DNA from: Candidatus Latescibacterota bacterium
Lineage (GTDB): Bacteria > Latescibacterota > UBA2968 > SICM01
Direction: 5' to 3'
Assembly (NCBI GenBank): GCA_965217865.1
Contig: CBDCJO010000001.1
Location: 128,001-192,000 of the forward strand
DNA: 64,000 nucleotides
This document shows positions 28,626 through 38,513 of the stretch, in pieces; the stretch's first letter is position 1, and every line of letters begins with the position of its first letter. Both the position numbers and the translations under genes were made by a program. The notes below the pieces were generated by a model. The model saw nothing but the letters and a program-made list of their open reading frames with translations. It was not told the DNA's origin and ran no database searches.

Positions 28626-29513
28626 TTACCTCCAACCATGAAAACGAATCCGATCCGTTTTCATGGCGTTCGCCCGGTTCAGGGTGATCCCAACCGATTG
28701 TCCAAATCCGTCATCAGGCGCTCCATCCCCCGTCAGTCTGACCTCCCGGGGCCAATTCGCCCCATCGTAACCGAAGATATAGGCAGAACCCGCGGGATCA
28801 GGACCACCAAGATTGTCGTGCGCACCAACGATAGCCTGGTCCCCGCTGATCGAAACGGAATAGCCGAACTGGTCGAAAAAACCCGCGTCAGGGCCTGCAC
28901 TCAGTTTGGCCTCTCGGTCCCAGGTAGTCCCGTTGCGACGGAAGATGAAGGCCGAACCGGAGTTAAAACCCTGATCGTCATCTCCCGTAACCCCCACGAT
29001 GGCAGCGTCCCCGCTGATCGAAACGGAAAAGCCGAATGCGTCCGCGGGACCCTGGTCCGGATTCCCGAATTCGTCGACCGAGATCAACTTGGCTTCCTCG
29101 GTCCAGCTCGTCGTCCCGGTCCGGCGAAAAATATAGGCAGCACCGGTGCCGCCCAGAGCCGGCGTGTCGGCTGCCCAAGCCCCCACGATGGCGTAGTCCC
29201 CGCTGATGGAGACCGAAGATCCGAAGACATCGGATCCTGCGCCATCCGTGGCCGTCAGCTTCTCCTCCTGGATCCAGTTGGCCCCGAAACGGTGAAAGAT
29301 ATAGGCCGCCCCTTCGTTCGGAAAGGTATCGTCATCTCCCTCGGCCCCTATGATGGCGTAGTCCCCGCTGATCGATACTGACTTTCCAAAATTGTCAAGG
29401 GCTGCCCCGTCCCCGGCAGTGACCTTGAATTCGGGAGGCTGAGCAAAACCCTCCTGTAAGAAAAAGCATAGCCCCGGGATCAACAGGGCAAGAAATAGGT
29501 GTGATCTTCGCAT
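28626..29513 (-). pseudogene. 5' part of a secreted FG-GAP (integrin-alpha propeller) repeat protein, truncated at the integrase element
   Basis: Signal peptide MRRSHLFLALLIPGLCFFLQEGFA after GGAGG; repeats FG.SVSISGD.AIVGA..GAAYIF; the fifth repeat breaks at FGQSVGITLNRA (28671). Confidence 0.8.
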
Positions 29514-29754
29514 GACGACCTCCATATATCTTATCAGCAGGTTAGATAACCCACATGGGTCCCTTAAAAGGCCCCTTAAAATTTGAATAAAGAAAAAGGG
29601 CTCAATCATTATTTCCGATCTATGGACAGAGGTCCAGCCGGAAAACCATTGAGCCCCGACTTCAACGGATCAACAGATAATTCACTCAGAATTGAACCGA
29701 TCTGGTTTCCTGAAATCTACTATCTAAAGGGTATGACTTAATCATAAAAAAATA

Positions 29755-29770
29755 TGTGACGTGGATCACA
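29755..29770. promoter_or_regulatory. CRP/FNR-family operator
   Basis: Perfect TGTGA-N6-TCACA, at class-II spacing from a minus-strand TACCCT (-10) at 29733..29728. Confidence 0.6.
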
Positions 29771-29885
29771 CTTCATTGAATCCTGGAAACTTATCAGCCG
29801 TTTCAACAGAATGATTTTATTGAACTTCTCGAAAGGAGTTCGTTACCGTCCCTGCAATAACGTGTTCTAAATCATCTAAACAAAT

Positions 29886-30674
29886 TTATAGGGACTCGGC
29901 CCGCTTCGATGGCCTCCTTTTTTGGAGCATTCTAAAGATCCAGTAGCCCGCGACAGCAGCGAACAGATGCTTGAGGGTATGACCGCTCACGACCTGGCCC
30001 AGGTCCAGAATTTCCCTATCCAGTACCTCGAAGACCTTCGCTGCCCCATAAAACCCCGCAGCCCCAAGTAGATCCCATCCCCGAGTGTATTTTGTCTGGA
30101 AGAACATGGCCAAGAGTGGAACAAGAAGAACTGGATACACCTGCAGGAGAAGGTAAATTCGCATGTCGCCGGCTCCCTGAACCTCACTCCAGTACCAGTA
30201 AACCACGCTTCCCATACCGAACATCATCAATACTAGGAGCGAAACCAGGCCGGCTTTGGCCCCGATCCGTTCAGCGATGATCGCAGCAGTAAATGATGTG
30301 AAGATAAGCGACAGGGGTAACCGATCCCAAACCAGTCGGGCGTTGTCCGGGGCCAGGTGATAATATGTCGATCCAAAGCTCGTGAGCGTTATCCCGAAGA
30401 AAAAAACAAGATAAGGCAGTCGCTCGTACGGTTCGATAAAAAAAGGAGAGGGGTGACCCTTACCAGCCTTCGGCAGGGAAACCAGGCCCAGGGAACCGAC
30501 AAGCAAAAGGGGGAAATTGGAAATGACATCCAGGAAGTTTGAAATTCCTAACCAGGTTCGCTGATCTGCAAACAGATGATAGGCGGGTTTTTGTGGAATT
30601 GGGGGCAGAAAAAACGTTGCCCCGATGACCCCGAAAGTGAGACCCCCTATTATCAGGTACCGAGGCGCGGTCAT
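29886..30674 (-). CDS. Alkaline ceramidase-like (CREST) membrane protein
   Basis: PIPQ.PAYH.FAD.R, SN.P, GSTYYHL.PD..RLVWDRLP, SGHTLKHL. Confidence 0.85.
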   Translation of the reverse strand: MTAPRYLIIGGLTFGVIGATFFLPPIPQKPAYHLFADQRTWLGISNFLDVISNFPLLLVGSLGLVSLPKAGKGHPSPFFIEPYERLPYLVFFFGITLTSFGSTYYHLAPDNARLVWDRLPLSLIFTSFTAAIIAERIGAKAGLVSLLVLMMFGMGSVVYWYWSEVQGAGDMRIYLLLQVYPVLLVPLLAMFFQTKYTRGWDLLGAAGFYGAAKVFEVLDREILDLGQVVSGHTLKHLFAAVAGYWIFRMLQKRRPSKRAESL

Positions 30675-30821
30675 AGGTTCGAATCCTCCTTCATCCGGTT
30701 CTCACGAAAAGGAATCTCGAATGGACATAGAAACGCCGCACCTTGTTGAAGATGCGGCCTGTTACGATCCCAACGAGATCCTTCCCCGGGAGGGCCGATA
30801 GCTATCCATTATAAATTCCCT

Positions 30822-31934
30822 TCACCCCCCCGTCCGCTTCAGCTCGAGCCAGAAAGTGCTTCCTTTTCCCTCTTCGCTGTCCACGTCGATCTTTCCCCCG
30901 TGGGCTTCAACCGCAAGCTTACAGTAGGCCAGGCCCAGGCCCGTAGAATACTTGTGTCCTGTTTGTCGGCTCTCCACCTGACCGAACTTCTCGAAGATAC
31001 GGCCTTTGTACTCGGGGGGGATGCCGGGCCCCTCATCGTGCACCGAGATACGCACAAGCCCGTTATCAGCTCGAGCGGAAATCGTAATTCGCCCTTCTAT
31101 CGGAGAAAACGAGATGGCATTCCCCAGGATGTTCACCATGATTCGGCGCAAACATTCCCTGTCCGCCTGTAAACCCGGCAAGTCGTCCGGAAAGCGAACA
31201 TCGACCTTCAGTTTTCTCCGTTCCAGGAGGGAACGCATCCCAAGCTCCACCTCCGAGACCACACCTCCAAGCTCAACATCCCCCAAATTCAGCTGCATCT
31301 CCCCTGCCTCGAGCTTGGCAAGATCCAGCATCGCGGTGATCATGTCCATCAAGGTTTGACCGCTCCTGCTGATTACTCGGAGATACTGTTGCGCGTCCTG
31401 GTCCTCAGAGACATGGCCCCCCATCTCCATCAATTCAAGATATCCCAACATGGCGCCAAGGGGATTGCGAAGATCGTGTACGATCATCTGGGTCAGGGCC
31501 TGGCGCATCGCATCCAGCTTGCGCAGTTCCTCATATCGCTCCTGAAGCTCATCGTGAAGCGTCTTGACGCGCAGAAGGGATTTGACGCGAGCTCGAAGCT
31601 CATCAGGGTCCACGGGCTTGTTGATGAAGTCATCAGCGCCGACTTCGATTCCCGAGACCTTCGAATCGCGATCCGCCAGGGCCGTCACAAGTACGACCGG
31701 GATGAACTGTGTCCTGGCTTCCGACTTGAGTTGCCGACAAACCTCGAAACCGGAGATGTCCGGCATCATCACATCGAGCAGGATGATATCGGGCGGATCT
31801 GCATCGATTTTTTTTAGGGCCTCGTTCCCACCCTCAGCACGCTCCAGAACATACTGAAGAGGAGCCAGGATGCCTTCCAGGACCCGGAGGTTACGCGGCT
31901 CGTCGTCCACGATCAATACCTTAGGCTTTTCCAA
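30822..31934 (-). CDS. Hybrid response regulator / histidine kinase
   Basis: IVDDE, LLDVMMP, KP receiver; HDLRNPL; NILGNA, DEGPGI, GLGL. Confidence 0.93.
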   Translation of the reverse strand: MEKPKVLIVDDEPRNLRVLEGILAPLQYVLERAEGGNEALKKIDADPPDIILLDVMMPDISGFEVCRQLKSEARTQFIPVVLVTALADRDSKVSGIEVGADDFINKPVDPDELRARVKSLLRVKTLHDELQERYEELRKLDAMRQALTQMIVHDLRNPLGAMLGYLELMEMGGHVSEDQDAQQYLRVISRSGQTLMDMITAMLDLAKLEAGEMQLNLGDVELGGVVSEVELGMRSLLERRKLKVDVRFPDDLPGLQADRECLRRIMVNILGNAISFSPIEGRITISARADNGLVRISVHDEGPGIPPEYKGRIFEKFGQVESRQTGHKYSTGLGLAYCKLAVEAHGGKIDVDSEEGKGSTFWLELKRTGG

Positions 31935-32195
31935 GGCGATTCCCCATTTTAAGGTCTCATCTTGTAACCAACCTAATCATTCACGTTCATATATTGGATA
32001 TTGAAAAAATATTTGATTCCGGATCTGATGATTCTTATCACCGGGCATTGTCTTCCCAGTTCCAGATATCCATTTTTCCCGAATTCACCGAAACTCTCCG
32101 GCGTAAAAGAAACCGAATATGGCGACCTGTGTTTTATTAATATAATGTTCGTTACAGGAAGCAGCCACCAATTTTTTTAAAATCTTGGACAAGGC

Positions 32196-32224
32196 TTGCC
32201 CCCCCCGGTTGAAATCGTTATACT
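32196..32224 (+). promoter_or_regulatory. Sigma70-type promoter of the ferritin-like gene (C8 tract spans -35/spacer)
   Basis: TTGCCC - 17 bp - TATACT. Confidence 0.5.
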
Positions 32225-32277
32225 ATTGTGCTAAGGAATAGACATGAAGGATTGATCACACGTTACGAGGAGGCCCG

Positions 32278-32736
32278 ATGGCTGTGGACAAATCACGGCA
32301 GAAGATCATCGAAGGACTTACGGACCTGTATGCGATGGAGATCGAGGCGGTAGAAAATTTTATCGCCAACTCCATCATGCTGGATGGGGTTCGCGCCGAA
32401 GAGATCAAAAAATCACTATCCGCTGACGTCACCGAGGAATTGAATCACGCCCAGCAAATCGCATTGCGAATCAAGCAGCTCCACGGCCACGTCCCCGGCT
32501 CCCAGAGCCTTCCGAAGACCCAGAAAGCCCTCCAACCCCCAAAGGACACCACCGACGTGGTGACCGTTATTAAAGGCGTGATGAAAACGGAGCAGGCGGT
32601 CATCACCCTGTATAACAAAGTCATCCGGCAATGTGAGGGAAAGGATTATGTCACCCAGGACCTACTGATCTCGCTTCTCGGGCAGGAGGAGGGTCACTTC
32701 ATCGAATTTGAGGGTTTCCTAAAAGAGTATAGGTAA
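32278..32736 (+). CDS. Ferritin-like (bacterioferritin-related) protein
   Basis: E..EELNHA..RIKQL.G..PGS; E..Y; DYVTQDL..EEGH. Confidence 0.85.
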   Translation: MAVDKSRQKIIEGLTDLYAMEIEAVENFIANSIMLDGVRAEEIKKSLSADVTEELNHAQQIALRIKQLHGHVPGSQSLPKTQKALQPPKDTTDVVTVIKGVMKTEQAVITLYNKVIRQCEGKDYVTQDLLISLLGQEEGHFIEFEGFLKEYR

Positions 32737-32779
32737 TAAGCGTTCCCGAGGGGGTTTTGCTTCACTCGGCCGCAACAAA

Positions 32780-32870
32780 TTCGTGATTCGCACGATCGAC
32801 GGCCTTTTCGATCCCCGAATCACGAACCACGATCCACGGTATCCCTGACCTCCGCTTTCCTGAGTCCGAA
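32780..32870. repeat. Heptamer / CACGATCCACGG repeat element
   Basis: TTCGTGA TTCGCA..CCCCGAA TCACGAA CCACGAT CCACGGT closely matches 7437..7465. Confidence 0.7.
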
Positions 32871-32997
32871 TCCAATACTCGACTTCTTTTATCCAACTTT
32901 AACTTTTACTAACCACCGAATTATCAATTAATTATCATTTTTTATTCAATTTTCCACGCGCGTGGCAAATTCGTTCGTGAAACTCGATTTGATAATC

Positions 32998-33137
32998 CCC
33001 CGACCCCTGACATCCGACCTCTGACCCCTTACCTCCGACCCCCGATTTTCGTTTCACGTCCCACGTCTGATGTTCTGCCCCCTGGCCTCTGGCCCCCGAC
33101 ACCTGATTTTCCATTTTGCATTTTCCACTTTGCAATT
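32998..33137. repeat. 20-unit mosaic heptamer array abutting the stop of the BNR gene
   Basis: CCCCGAC CCCTGAC ATCCGAC CTCTGAC CCCTTAC CTCCGAC CCCCGAT .. TCACGTC CCACGTC .. CTGGCCT CTGGCCC .. TCCATTT TGCATTT TCCACTT TGCAATT. Confidence 0.9.
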
Positions 33138-33139
33138 CC

Positions 33140-34261
33140 TCATCCCGTTTCCTCCAATACATTCATCGAGATGACGCCGTTGGTATACGGCCAAGCAGGA
33201 TGGGACCTGTCCGGATCGGGGTCCACATCGAGGAAGAAAACGATTATGCGCCCGTCCGGTAGAATGGCGTGCTCCGGCCGGGCTCCCGACTCGGGTACCC
33301 CCGTGACCGACTCCAGGTGAACGTCCTCTTGCCAAGTCACGCCCTCGTCATCGCTCGTGTAGACCCCGATTCCCATGCTCCGGTTGTCCTGGATGATCTT
33401 CTGGACCAATACCGTCCGGCCCCGAGGGGATATGAACATGTTCGGATACTTGCCGGTAATATTGGGCTGAGGCTCGGTCCACGTGCGCCCTCCATCGTCC
33501 GAAACCGTACGATACTGGGTGCGGATGTAGGAGACGCGCATCAAGGCGATGAGCCTGCCGCTGGGGAGCTCGACCACCCCCGTTTCATTAAATCGTTCCC
33601 TTGTCCCCAGCTCTTCCTCGTACCCGGGATCACTGTCGGCCACCACCTCCACGTGGCCCCACGTCCGGCCCATATCGAGGGAGCGGACGAGCCCGGAGTA
33701 GGAGTGGGCCATCTTCCGGCCGTAGAACGTGTAGACGATGACCGGGCAGATGACGGAACCGTCCTGCAGCTCGAGGATCCGCCCTTGGGGGCGAGTCAGC
33801 GTACCGGTGCGGGCTATCCAGTGAGGCGTGCTCCAGGTTTCTCCGTTGTCCGAAGACCGCATGACATACGCCCGTCCGTAGTTGCCTTCGCCCCTGAAGT
33901 CCATGTAGGTCTGGATGGGTCCGGTGATAGGAACGCCCGGGATTCGGGGGGTGGTCACGTCAACGAAGGGAAGGAGTATGGTGCCATCGGAAAGGGTAGC
34001 CATTCCAGAACCTGCGCCTGCCGCTCCAGTCTCTTTCCACTGTGATTCCACTAGATTGCCGGGGGCCGACCATGTCGTACCCCCATCCGTCGACCGCGTC
34101 ACCATCACCTTGCCTCCCCAGACGCCGTCGCTCGTGGTACCGAAGGCGACCACCAGATCGCCGTTCCGACCACACGCAACCCCTGCCCAGACCCCTCCTC
34201 GCGCGACGATCTGTTTGCCGGCGACGTTGAAGATGTTCCCCCTTGCCGTATCGCACTTCAT
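33140..34261 (-). CDS. BNR/Asp-box (sialidase-like) protein
   Basis: Five Asp boxes (STDGGTTW, SSDNGETW, SLDMGRTW, SDDGGRTW, SDDEGVTW); ATG 34261 is coupled to the ggt stop (TGATG). Confidence 0.85.
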   Translation of the reverse strand: MKCDTARGNIFNVAGKQIVARGGVWAGVACGRNGDLVVAFGTTSDGVWGGKVMVTRSTDGGTTWSAPGNLVESQWKETGAAGAGSGMATLSDGTILLPFVDVTTPRIPGVPITGPIQTYMDFRGEGNYGRAYVMRSSDNGETWSTPHWIARTGTLTRPQGRILELQDGSVICPVIVYTFYGRKMAHSYSGLVRSLDMGRTWGHVEVVADSDPGYEEELGTRERFNETGVVELPSGRLIALMRVSYIRTQYRTVSDDGGRTWTEPQPNITGKYPNMFISPRGRTVLVQKIIQDNRSMGIGVYTSDDEGVTWQEDVHLESVTGVPESGARPEHAILPDGRIIVFFLDVDPDPDRSHPAWPYTNGVISMNVLEETG

Positions 34262-35889
34262 CAGTATCCCACCGCATAACCATCCCGCCTCGGATCCGCC
34301 CCGCCCATCAGGGCCTTCGACTCCGGATGGATTAGAATGGCCATGGCGCTCCCCGTAGCCGACCAACCCTCGATGAGGCTGACCGGATTCCCCTTTTCCG
34401 AGAGGCACCGACAGACCTCCTCCGGGAAACGGTCTTCGAGCCGAAGTTCGTCCGGGCATGTGTGGGGCCACGTGGATTCGGTTCCGTTCTGGAGATGGCG
34501 CCATCGCGGGGCCTCGACGGCCTCCTGAGGATTCATCCCGAAATCGATCACGTGGCTGATGATCTGCATATTGGTCTGAACTTGTGTATCGGCCCCGGGG
34601 GTACCGCAGACAAGGAAGGGATCGTCACCCTTGAAGACCATCACTGGATTCATCGTGTGGCGGACCCGCTTGCCCGGCATCAGACAATCCACGTGGTCCG
34701 GATCCAGGTGCCAGTAGGTCATTCGGTTGTTCAGGAGGATGCCCGTCCGATCCGCGATCAGCCCGGAGCCCATGGCCGACTGGATGCTCTGAAGCTGGCA
34801 GACCGCATTGCCCCAACGGTCCACGACGCAGAAACAGGTCGTGTCCTCGTGGGCCTCCGGACCTCCGGATGGAACGTCGGCCATCGCCCGGTCCGCATCA
34901 ATCCTGCGCGCCTGGGACTTTCCATACGCCTTGGACAGGAGTCCCTGGAGCGGGATGTCCGCGTGGTCAGGGTCCGCAAGGTAGCGCTCCCTGTCCGCGA
35001 AGGCCATACGCTTTGCCTCCACCATCACGTGAATACTTTCCGGCGTATTGCATCCCATTCCCACGATGTCAAACTGTTCGATCACGTTTAATTCCTGAAG
35101 GAGCACGTGTCCCGAGGAATTGGGCGGAAACTCGAAGACCTGGTAACCCCGATAACTCGTCGTGATGGGGTCATCCCACCGGGCGCGAAAACCGGATAAG
35201 TCTTCCTCTGTGAGAAGTCCCCCCATACCCTCGCTGAATTTCACGATATCCTTCGCGATCTCCCCCCGATAGAACGCATCGGAGCCCTCTGCGGCGATAC
35301 TTCGATAAGTCTGCCCAAGATCTCTCTGAATCAGGATCTCCCCGGGACGGAGCGGCCGCCCATCCCGGGTGAAGATCTTAAGGCTGGCATCTCCAAAAGT
35401 GGGCATCTCATCGTGGATACAATGCGTTAGTTTGTAGCCAACCGGAAAGCCGTTTTCACAGAGATCGTAAGCGGGTTCAAAAACTTGATCCAGCTTCAGC
35501 CGGCCATATTTCCCGTGAGCCAGGAACCATCCATCCACCAGTCCCGGGACCGAGACCGAGAAAATTCCCTTCATCGGGATGCCTTTTTTCTGGAAAATCT
35601 CTCTCCTGGCCTTTCCCGGGGCGGGTCCCGTGGCATTGATACACCGGATCTCCTTCCGGTTTGCATCGTAGATCATCAAGAACCCGTCCCCTCCGATGCC
35701 GGACGACTCGGGCTCGACCACACCTAAGGCCACCGCGACCCCGATTGCAGCATCCACGGCGTTCCCGCCTGCCAACAGGACCCGCAATCCCGCCTGCGAT
35801 GCGAGCGGATGACCCGATGCGACCATACCCCTCATGCCCATCACAGGAGGCCGATGCGCCTCAGCCACGACGCCGTGCGGGGATGTCAT
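34261..35889 (-). CDS. ggt: Gamma-glutamyltransferase
   Basis: GGNAVDAAI, SGIGGDGF, PPNSSG, AFADR, DTT cleavage site, GILLNNR, GTPG, GGADPRRDG. Confidence 0.93.
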   Translation of the reverse strand: MTSPHGVVAEAHRPPVMGMRGMVASGHPLASQAGLRVLLAGGNAVDAAIGVAVALGVVEPESSGIGGDGFLMIYDANRKEIRCINATGPAPGKARREIFQKKGIPMKGIFSVSVPGLVDGWFLAHGKYGRLKLDQVFEPAYDLCENGFPVGYKLTHCIHDEMPTFGDASLKIFTRDGRPLRPGEILIQRDLGQTYRSIAAEGSDAFYRGEIAKDIVKFSEGMGGLLTEEDLSGFRARWDDPITTSYRGYQVFEFPPNSSGHVLLQELNVIEQFDIVGMGCNTPESIHVMVEAKRMAFADRERYLADPDHADIPLQGLLSKAYGKSQARRIDADRAMADVPSGGPEAHEDTTCFCVVDRWGNAVCQLQSIQSAMGSGLIADRTGILLNNRMTYWHLDPDHVDCLMPGKRVRHTMNPVMVFKGDDPFLVCGTPGADTQVQTNMQIISHVIDFGMNPQEAVEAPRWRHLQNGTESTWPHTCPDELRLEDRFPEEVCRCLSEKGNPVSLIEGWSATGSAMAILIHPESKALMGGADPRRDGYAVGY

Positions 35890-36054
35890 ACGATTCCTCA
35901 GGAGAGTTCCTCAGATTCAGGTTTTAAGCTTATGACATCGAGGTCAGCTTGGGTTTGTCAGGCGACTATCCCAAGTGCTTTGGGGTTGCGAAAGGCCCGG
36001 TTTTTAGCTTACATTAATTTATGAAACGAATCTATCGATACGCAGAGGTGCCCC

Positions 36055-36444
36055 ATGGATATATTGAATGCCGTAACGGATAAGCTGGAAGGCTTGAGCC
36101 GGCTCATCGGGAATGAGTGCGTGTTCGGAAAGCCGGAGCGGATGGAGGGAAAGGCCATCCTCCCCGTAGCCGAGGTTTCGTGGAGTGGAGGTGCGGGTTT
36201 CGGGGTGGGAGAGGAACAACCGAAGGATAACCCAGGCGCCGGGCACCGGGTAGGAAAGGGAGGCGGGGGTGGAGGAAAAGTCAAAGTACGGCCCGTGGCC
36301 CTGGTGGAGATCACCGCGGACCAGACACGGATCGTTCCCATCGTGGATCGCACAAAAGTCATCCTCGCGGGCATGTTCCTCGTGGCGTGGAACGTCTTTT
36401 GGCTGGCCTACACCATCCGAAAACTCTTGCGGAAATGGCGGTAA
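36055..36444 (+). CDS. YtfJ/GerW family protein
   Basis: VFGKP..G..ILPVA.V..GGAGFG..GGGGGG....PVA. Confidence 0.8.
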   Translation: MDILNAVTDKLEGLSRLIGNECVFGKPERMEGKAILPVAEVSWSGGAGFGVGEEQPKDNPGAGHRVGKGGGGGGKVKVRPVALVEITADQTRIVPIVDRTKVILAGMFLVAWNVFWLAYTIRKLLRKWR

Positions 36445-36531
36445 CGCGAATCTTGTAGTCTCCCTGATCGGGGCGATCACCAGGATCGTCCATAAGAAAA
36501 GCTCCCCCATAAGGATGCGGGTTCAGGCATT

Positions 36532-37278
36532 ATGGATGATCTTCTTTATGGACGTCGAACCGTCTCCGAGGCCCTCAGTTCCGACAGGGGGTTCAACCGC
36601 ATCCTGATCTCCGGAGACCCTCACCATCCCCCGATCGCAGATATTATTGATAAAGCCCGAAATCGGGGAATCCCTTTCCAGCTCACAGACCGGAAGCGGC
36701 TCGATGCCCTGTGTCAGGCAACCCATCAGGGTGTGGTCGCCTTTGTCGCCGCACACGCTTACACTCCACTGGAGGATATCCTTGCGGGGGCCGGTCGGTC
36801 GGGGGATCCGCCGTTGGTCATCGTTCTCGATAGGATTCAGGACCCGAACAACCTCGGCGCCATTATCCGGACCTCAGCGGCGACCTGCGTGGACGGGGTC
36901 ATCATTCCAAAACGCAGTGCATCAGGAGTAACCCCGGCCGTAGCAAAAGCCTCAGCCGGGGCTGTTGAACGCATCCCGGTTGCCCAGGTTTCAAACATCT
37001 CCGCATCCCTCAAGATCCTTAAGGACGAAGGGTTTTGGACCGTCGGTCTCGGGCAGGATTTTCCTGTCCCCTTCACGGACATCGACTTTCGTTCACCGAC
37101 GGCTTTGGTTTTGGGGGGGGAGGAACGCGGGATCCGGCCGCTAGTTCAAAGGGGCTGTGACCACTTGATCCACATCCCAACGGCCCCCGAATCTCAATCT
37201 CTCAATGCCTCGGTGGCTGCGGCACTGGTTCTTTACGAAGCTTTTCGGCAGAGAAAAAGCCGAGATCAGGCTACGTGA
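36532..37278 (+). CDS. rlmB: 23S rRNA (Gm2251) 2'-O-methyltransferase
   Basis: HQGVVA, LDRIQDPNNLGAIIR, KASAGA, LGGEERG, SLNASVA. Confidence 0.9.
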   Translation: MDDLLYGRRTVSEALSSDRGFNRILISGDPHHPPIADIIDKARNRGIPFQLTDRKRLDALCQATHQGVVAFVAAHAYTPLEDILAGAGRSGDPPLVIVLDRIQDPNNLGAIIRTSAATCVDGVIIPKRSASGVTPAVAKASAGAVERIPVAQVSNISASLKILKDEGFWTVGLGQDFPVPFTDIDFRSPTALVLGGEERGIRPLVQRGCDHLIHIPTAPESQSLNASVAAALVLYEAFRQRKSRDQAT

Positions 37279-38438
37279 TAAACCAGACACTTTAGGTACT
37301 GGGTCTCTCTTGCCCCGGGTAGAATGGGATGATCCGAGGCCTGAGTCCGGACTTCAAACAGACGGAGGGAACGCCTCGCATCCTGCGCGGCCTGGTTTAC
37401 AACCGCCCGGAAGGCCTCTTCGCTGAGATGGTAGGAACATGAACAGGTCACAAGGATTCCCCCCGGATTCAAGATCTTTAAAGCCCGCAAGTTGATCTCT
37501 TTATAACCGCGCGTCGCCCCTTCCAACCTGTGCCGGCTCTGAGTGAAGGACGGAGGATCCAGGACAATCAGGTCGAACCGTTCTCTCTTCGATTCGAAAT
37601 CACGAAGCCGGTCAAATGCGTTCCCGACCTCGAAATGACACTGGTCTTCCATCTTGTTGAGACCGGCGTTGGATCGCGCCATCGCCACAGCCTGCTCGGA
37701 GACATCAAAACCGATGGCTGACGTTGCCCCTCCTTGCACGGCGTGCAGGGCGAATGCTCCCGAATAACAGAATGCATCGAGTACCCTTGCTCCTTTAGCA
37801 AGGCGACAGACCAGATCCCAGTTTTCCCGCTGATCAAGGAAAAGGCCGGTCTTCTGCCCTTTTACCACATCGACCCGAAGACGAAGCCCACCCAGTTGGA
37901 TCTCGGGACAATCCCCCAAACACCCCCATAACACCCCTTTGGTCGCGGACAACCCCTCGTGACCCCGCACCGACATGTCGCTCCGCTCATAGATCCCCTC
38001 CGGATGGAGGATATCCTTGAGGACATCCACGATCCGATCCCGCCATCTGTCCATACCCAGCGTCAAAATCTGAAGGACAAGCAATTCCCCATAGCGGTCC
38101 ACGATCAACCCGGGAAGAAAGTCGGAGTCTGAATAGACCATCCTCCCCACCTGGAGATCGGGAACAAGTCCCTCCCGAAAGGAAACGGCAGCTGCGATTC
38201 GGTTTCTGAGAAAGGATTCATCCACGGGCCCCCGTTGGCGGGAGAGGAGGCGACCCACAATTTGTGATTTGCGATTGACGTGGGCCAAACCCAGTGGACG
38301 ATGCCGGTGATCCTTGACATCGATCACATCTCCGTCGCGGAACTCCCCCCTGAATCGTTCCACTTCGCTTGAGTATATCCACGGGTGTCCGGCCTTAAGA
38401 CGCTGGTCCCGCCCTTTTCTCAAAATCATTGACGGCAT
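37266..38438 (-). CDS. rlmI: RlmI-type SAM-dependent rRNA methyltransferase
   Basis: GHPWIY PUA domain, PGLIVDRY, GQKTGLFLDQREN, LDPPSF, YLK. Confidence 0.85.
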   Translation of the reverse strand: MPSMILRKGRDQRLKAGHPWIYSSEVERFRGEFRDGDVIDVKDHRHRPLGLAHVNRKSQIVGRLLSRQRGPVDESFLRNRIAAAVSFREGLVPDLQVGRMVYSDSDFLPGLIVDRYGELLVLQILTLGMDRWRDRIVDVLKDILHPEGIYERSDMSVRGHEGLSATKGVLWGCLGDCPEIQLGGLRLRVDVVKGQKTGLFLDQRENWDLVCRLAKGARVLDAFCYSGAFALHAVQGGATSAIGFDVSEQAVAMARSNAGLNKMEDQCHFEVGNAFDRLRDFESKRERFDLIVLDPPSFTQSRHRLEGATRGYKEINLRALKILNPGGILVTCSCSYHLSEEAFRAVVNQAAQDARRSLRLFEVRTQASDHPILPGARETQYLKCLVYHVA

Positions 38439-38480
38439 GGATAAACAAAAAAAAGTGAGGGTGAATACGGTGCCGGTTTA

Positions 38481-38513
38481 ACGACTCACCACTCACGACT
38501 CACGATTCGCGTA
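38481..38513. repeat. Short heptamer array after the arginine decarboxylase stop
   Basis: ACGACTC ACCACTC ACGACTC ACGATTC. Confidence 0.7.

Larger units (their letters stand above)
26345..28670 (+). mobile_element. About 2.3-kb integrase element (P4-like int plus one cargo gene) inside a secreted-protein gene
   Basis: Host reading frames break abruptly on both sides; GGGGAAT direct repeats upstream of int; terminal hairpin 28636..28666. Confidence 0.7.

Noticed and set aside
29590-29710. 6S RNA
   Set aside because: Only superficial GTTCAA/TTGAAC similarity; no convincing rod with central bubble; treated as a leader hairpin
33140-34504. Extended ORF-track starts (34504, 51025, 61904, 16443, 29609, 52393)
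   Set aside because: They overlap neighbouring genes or repeats; downstream starts fit better by RBS, translational coupling or domain boundary
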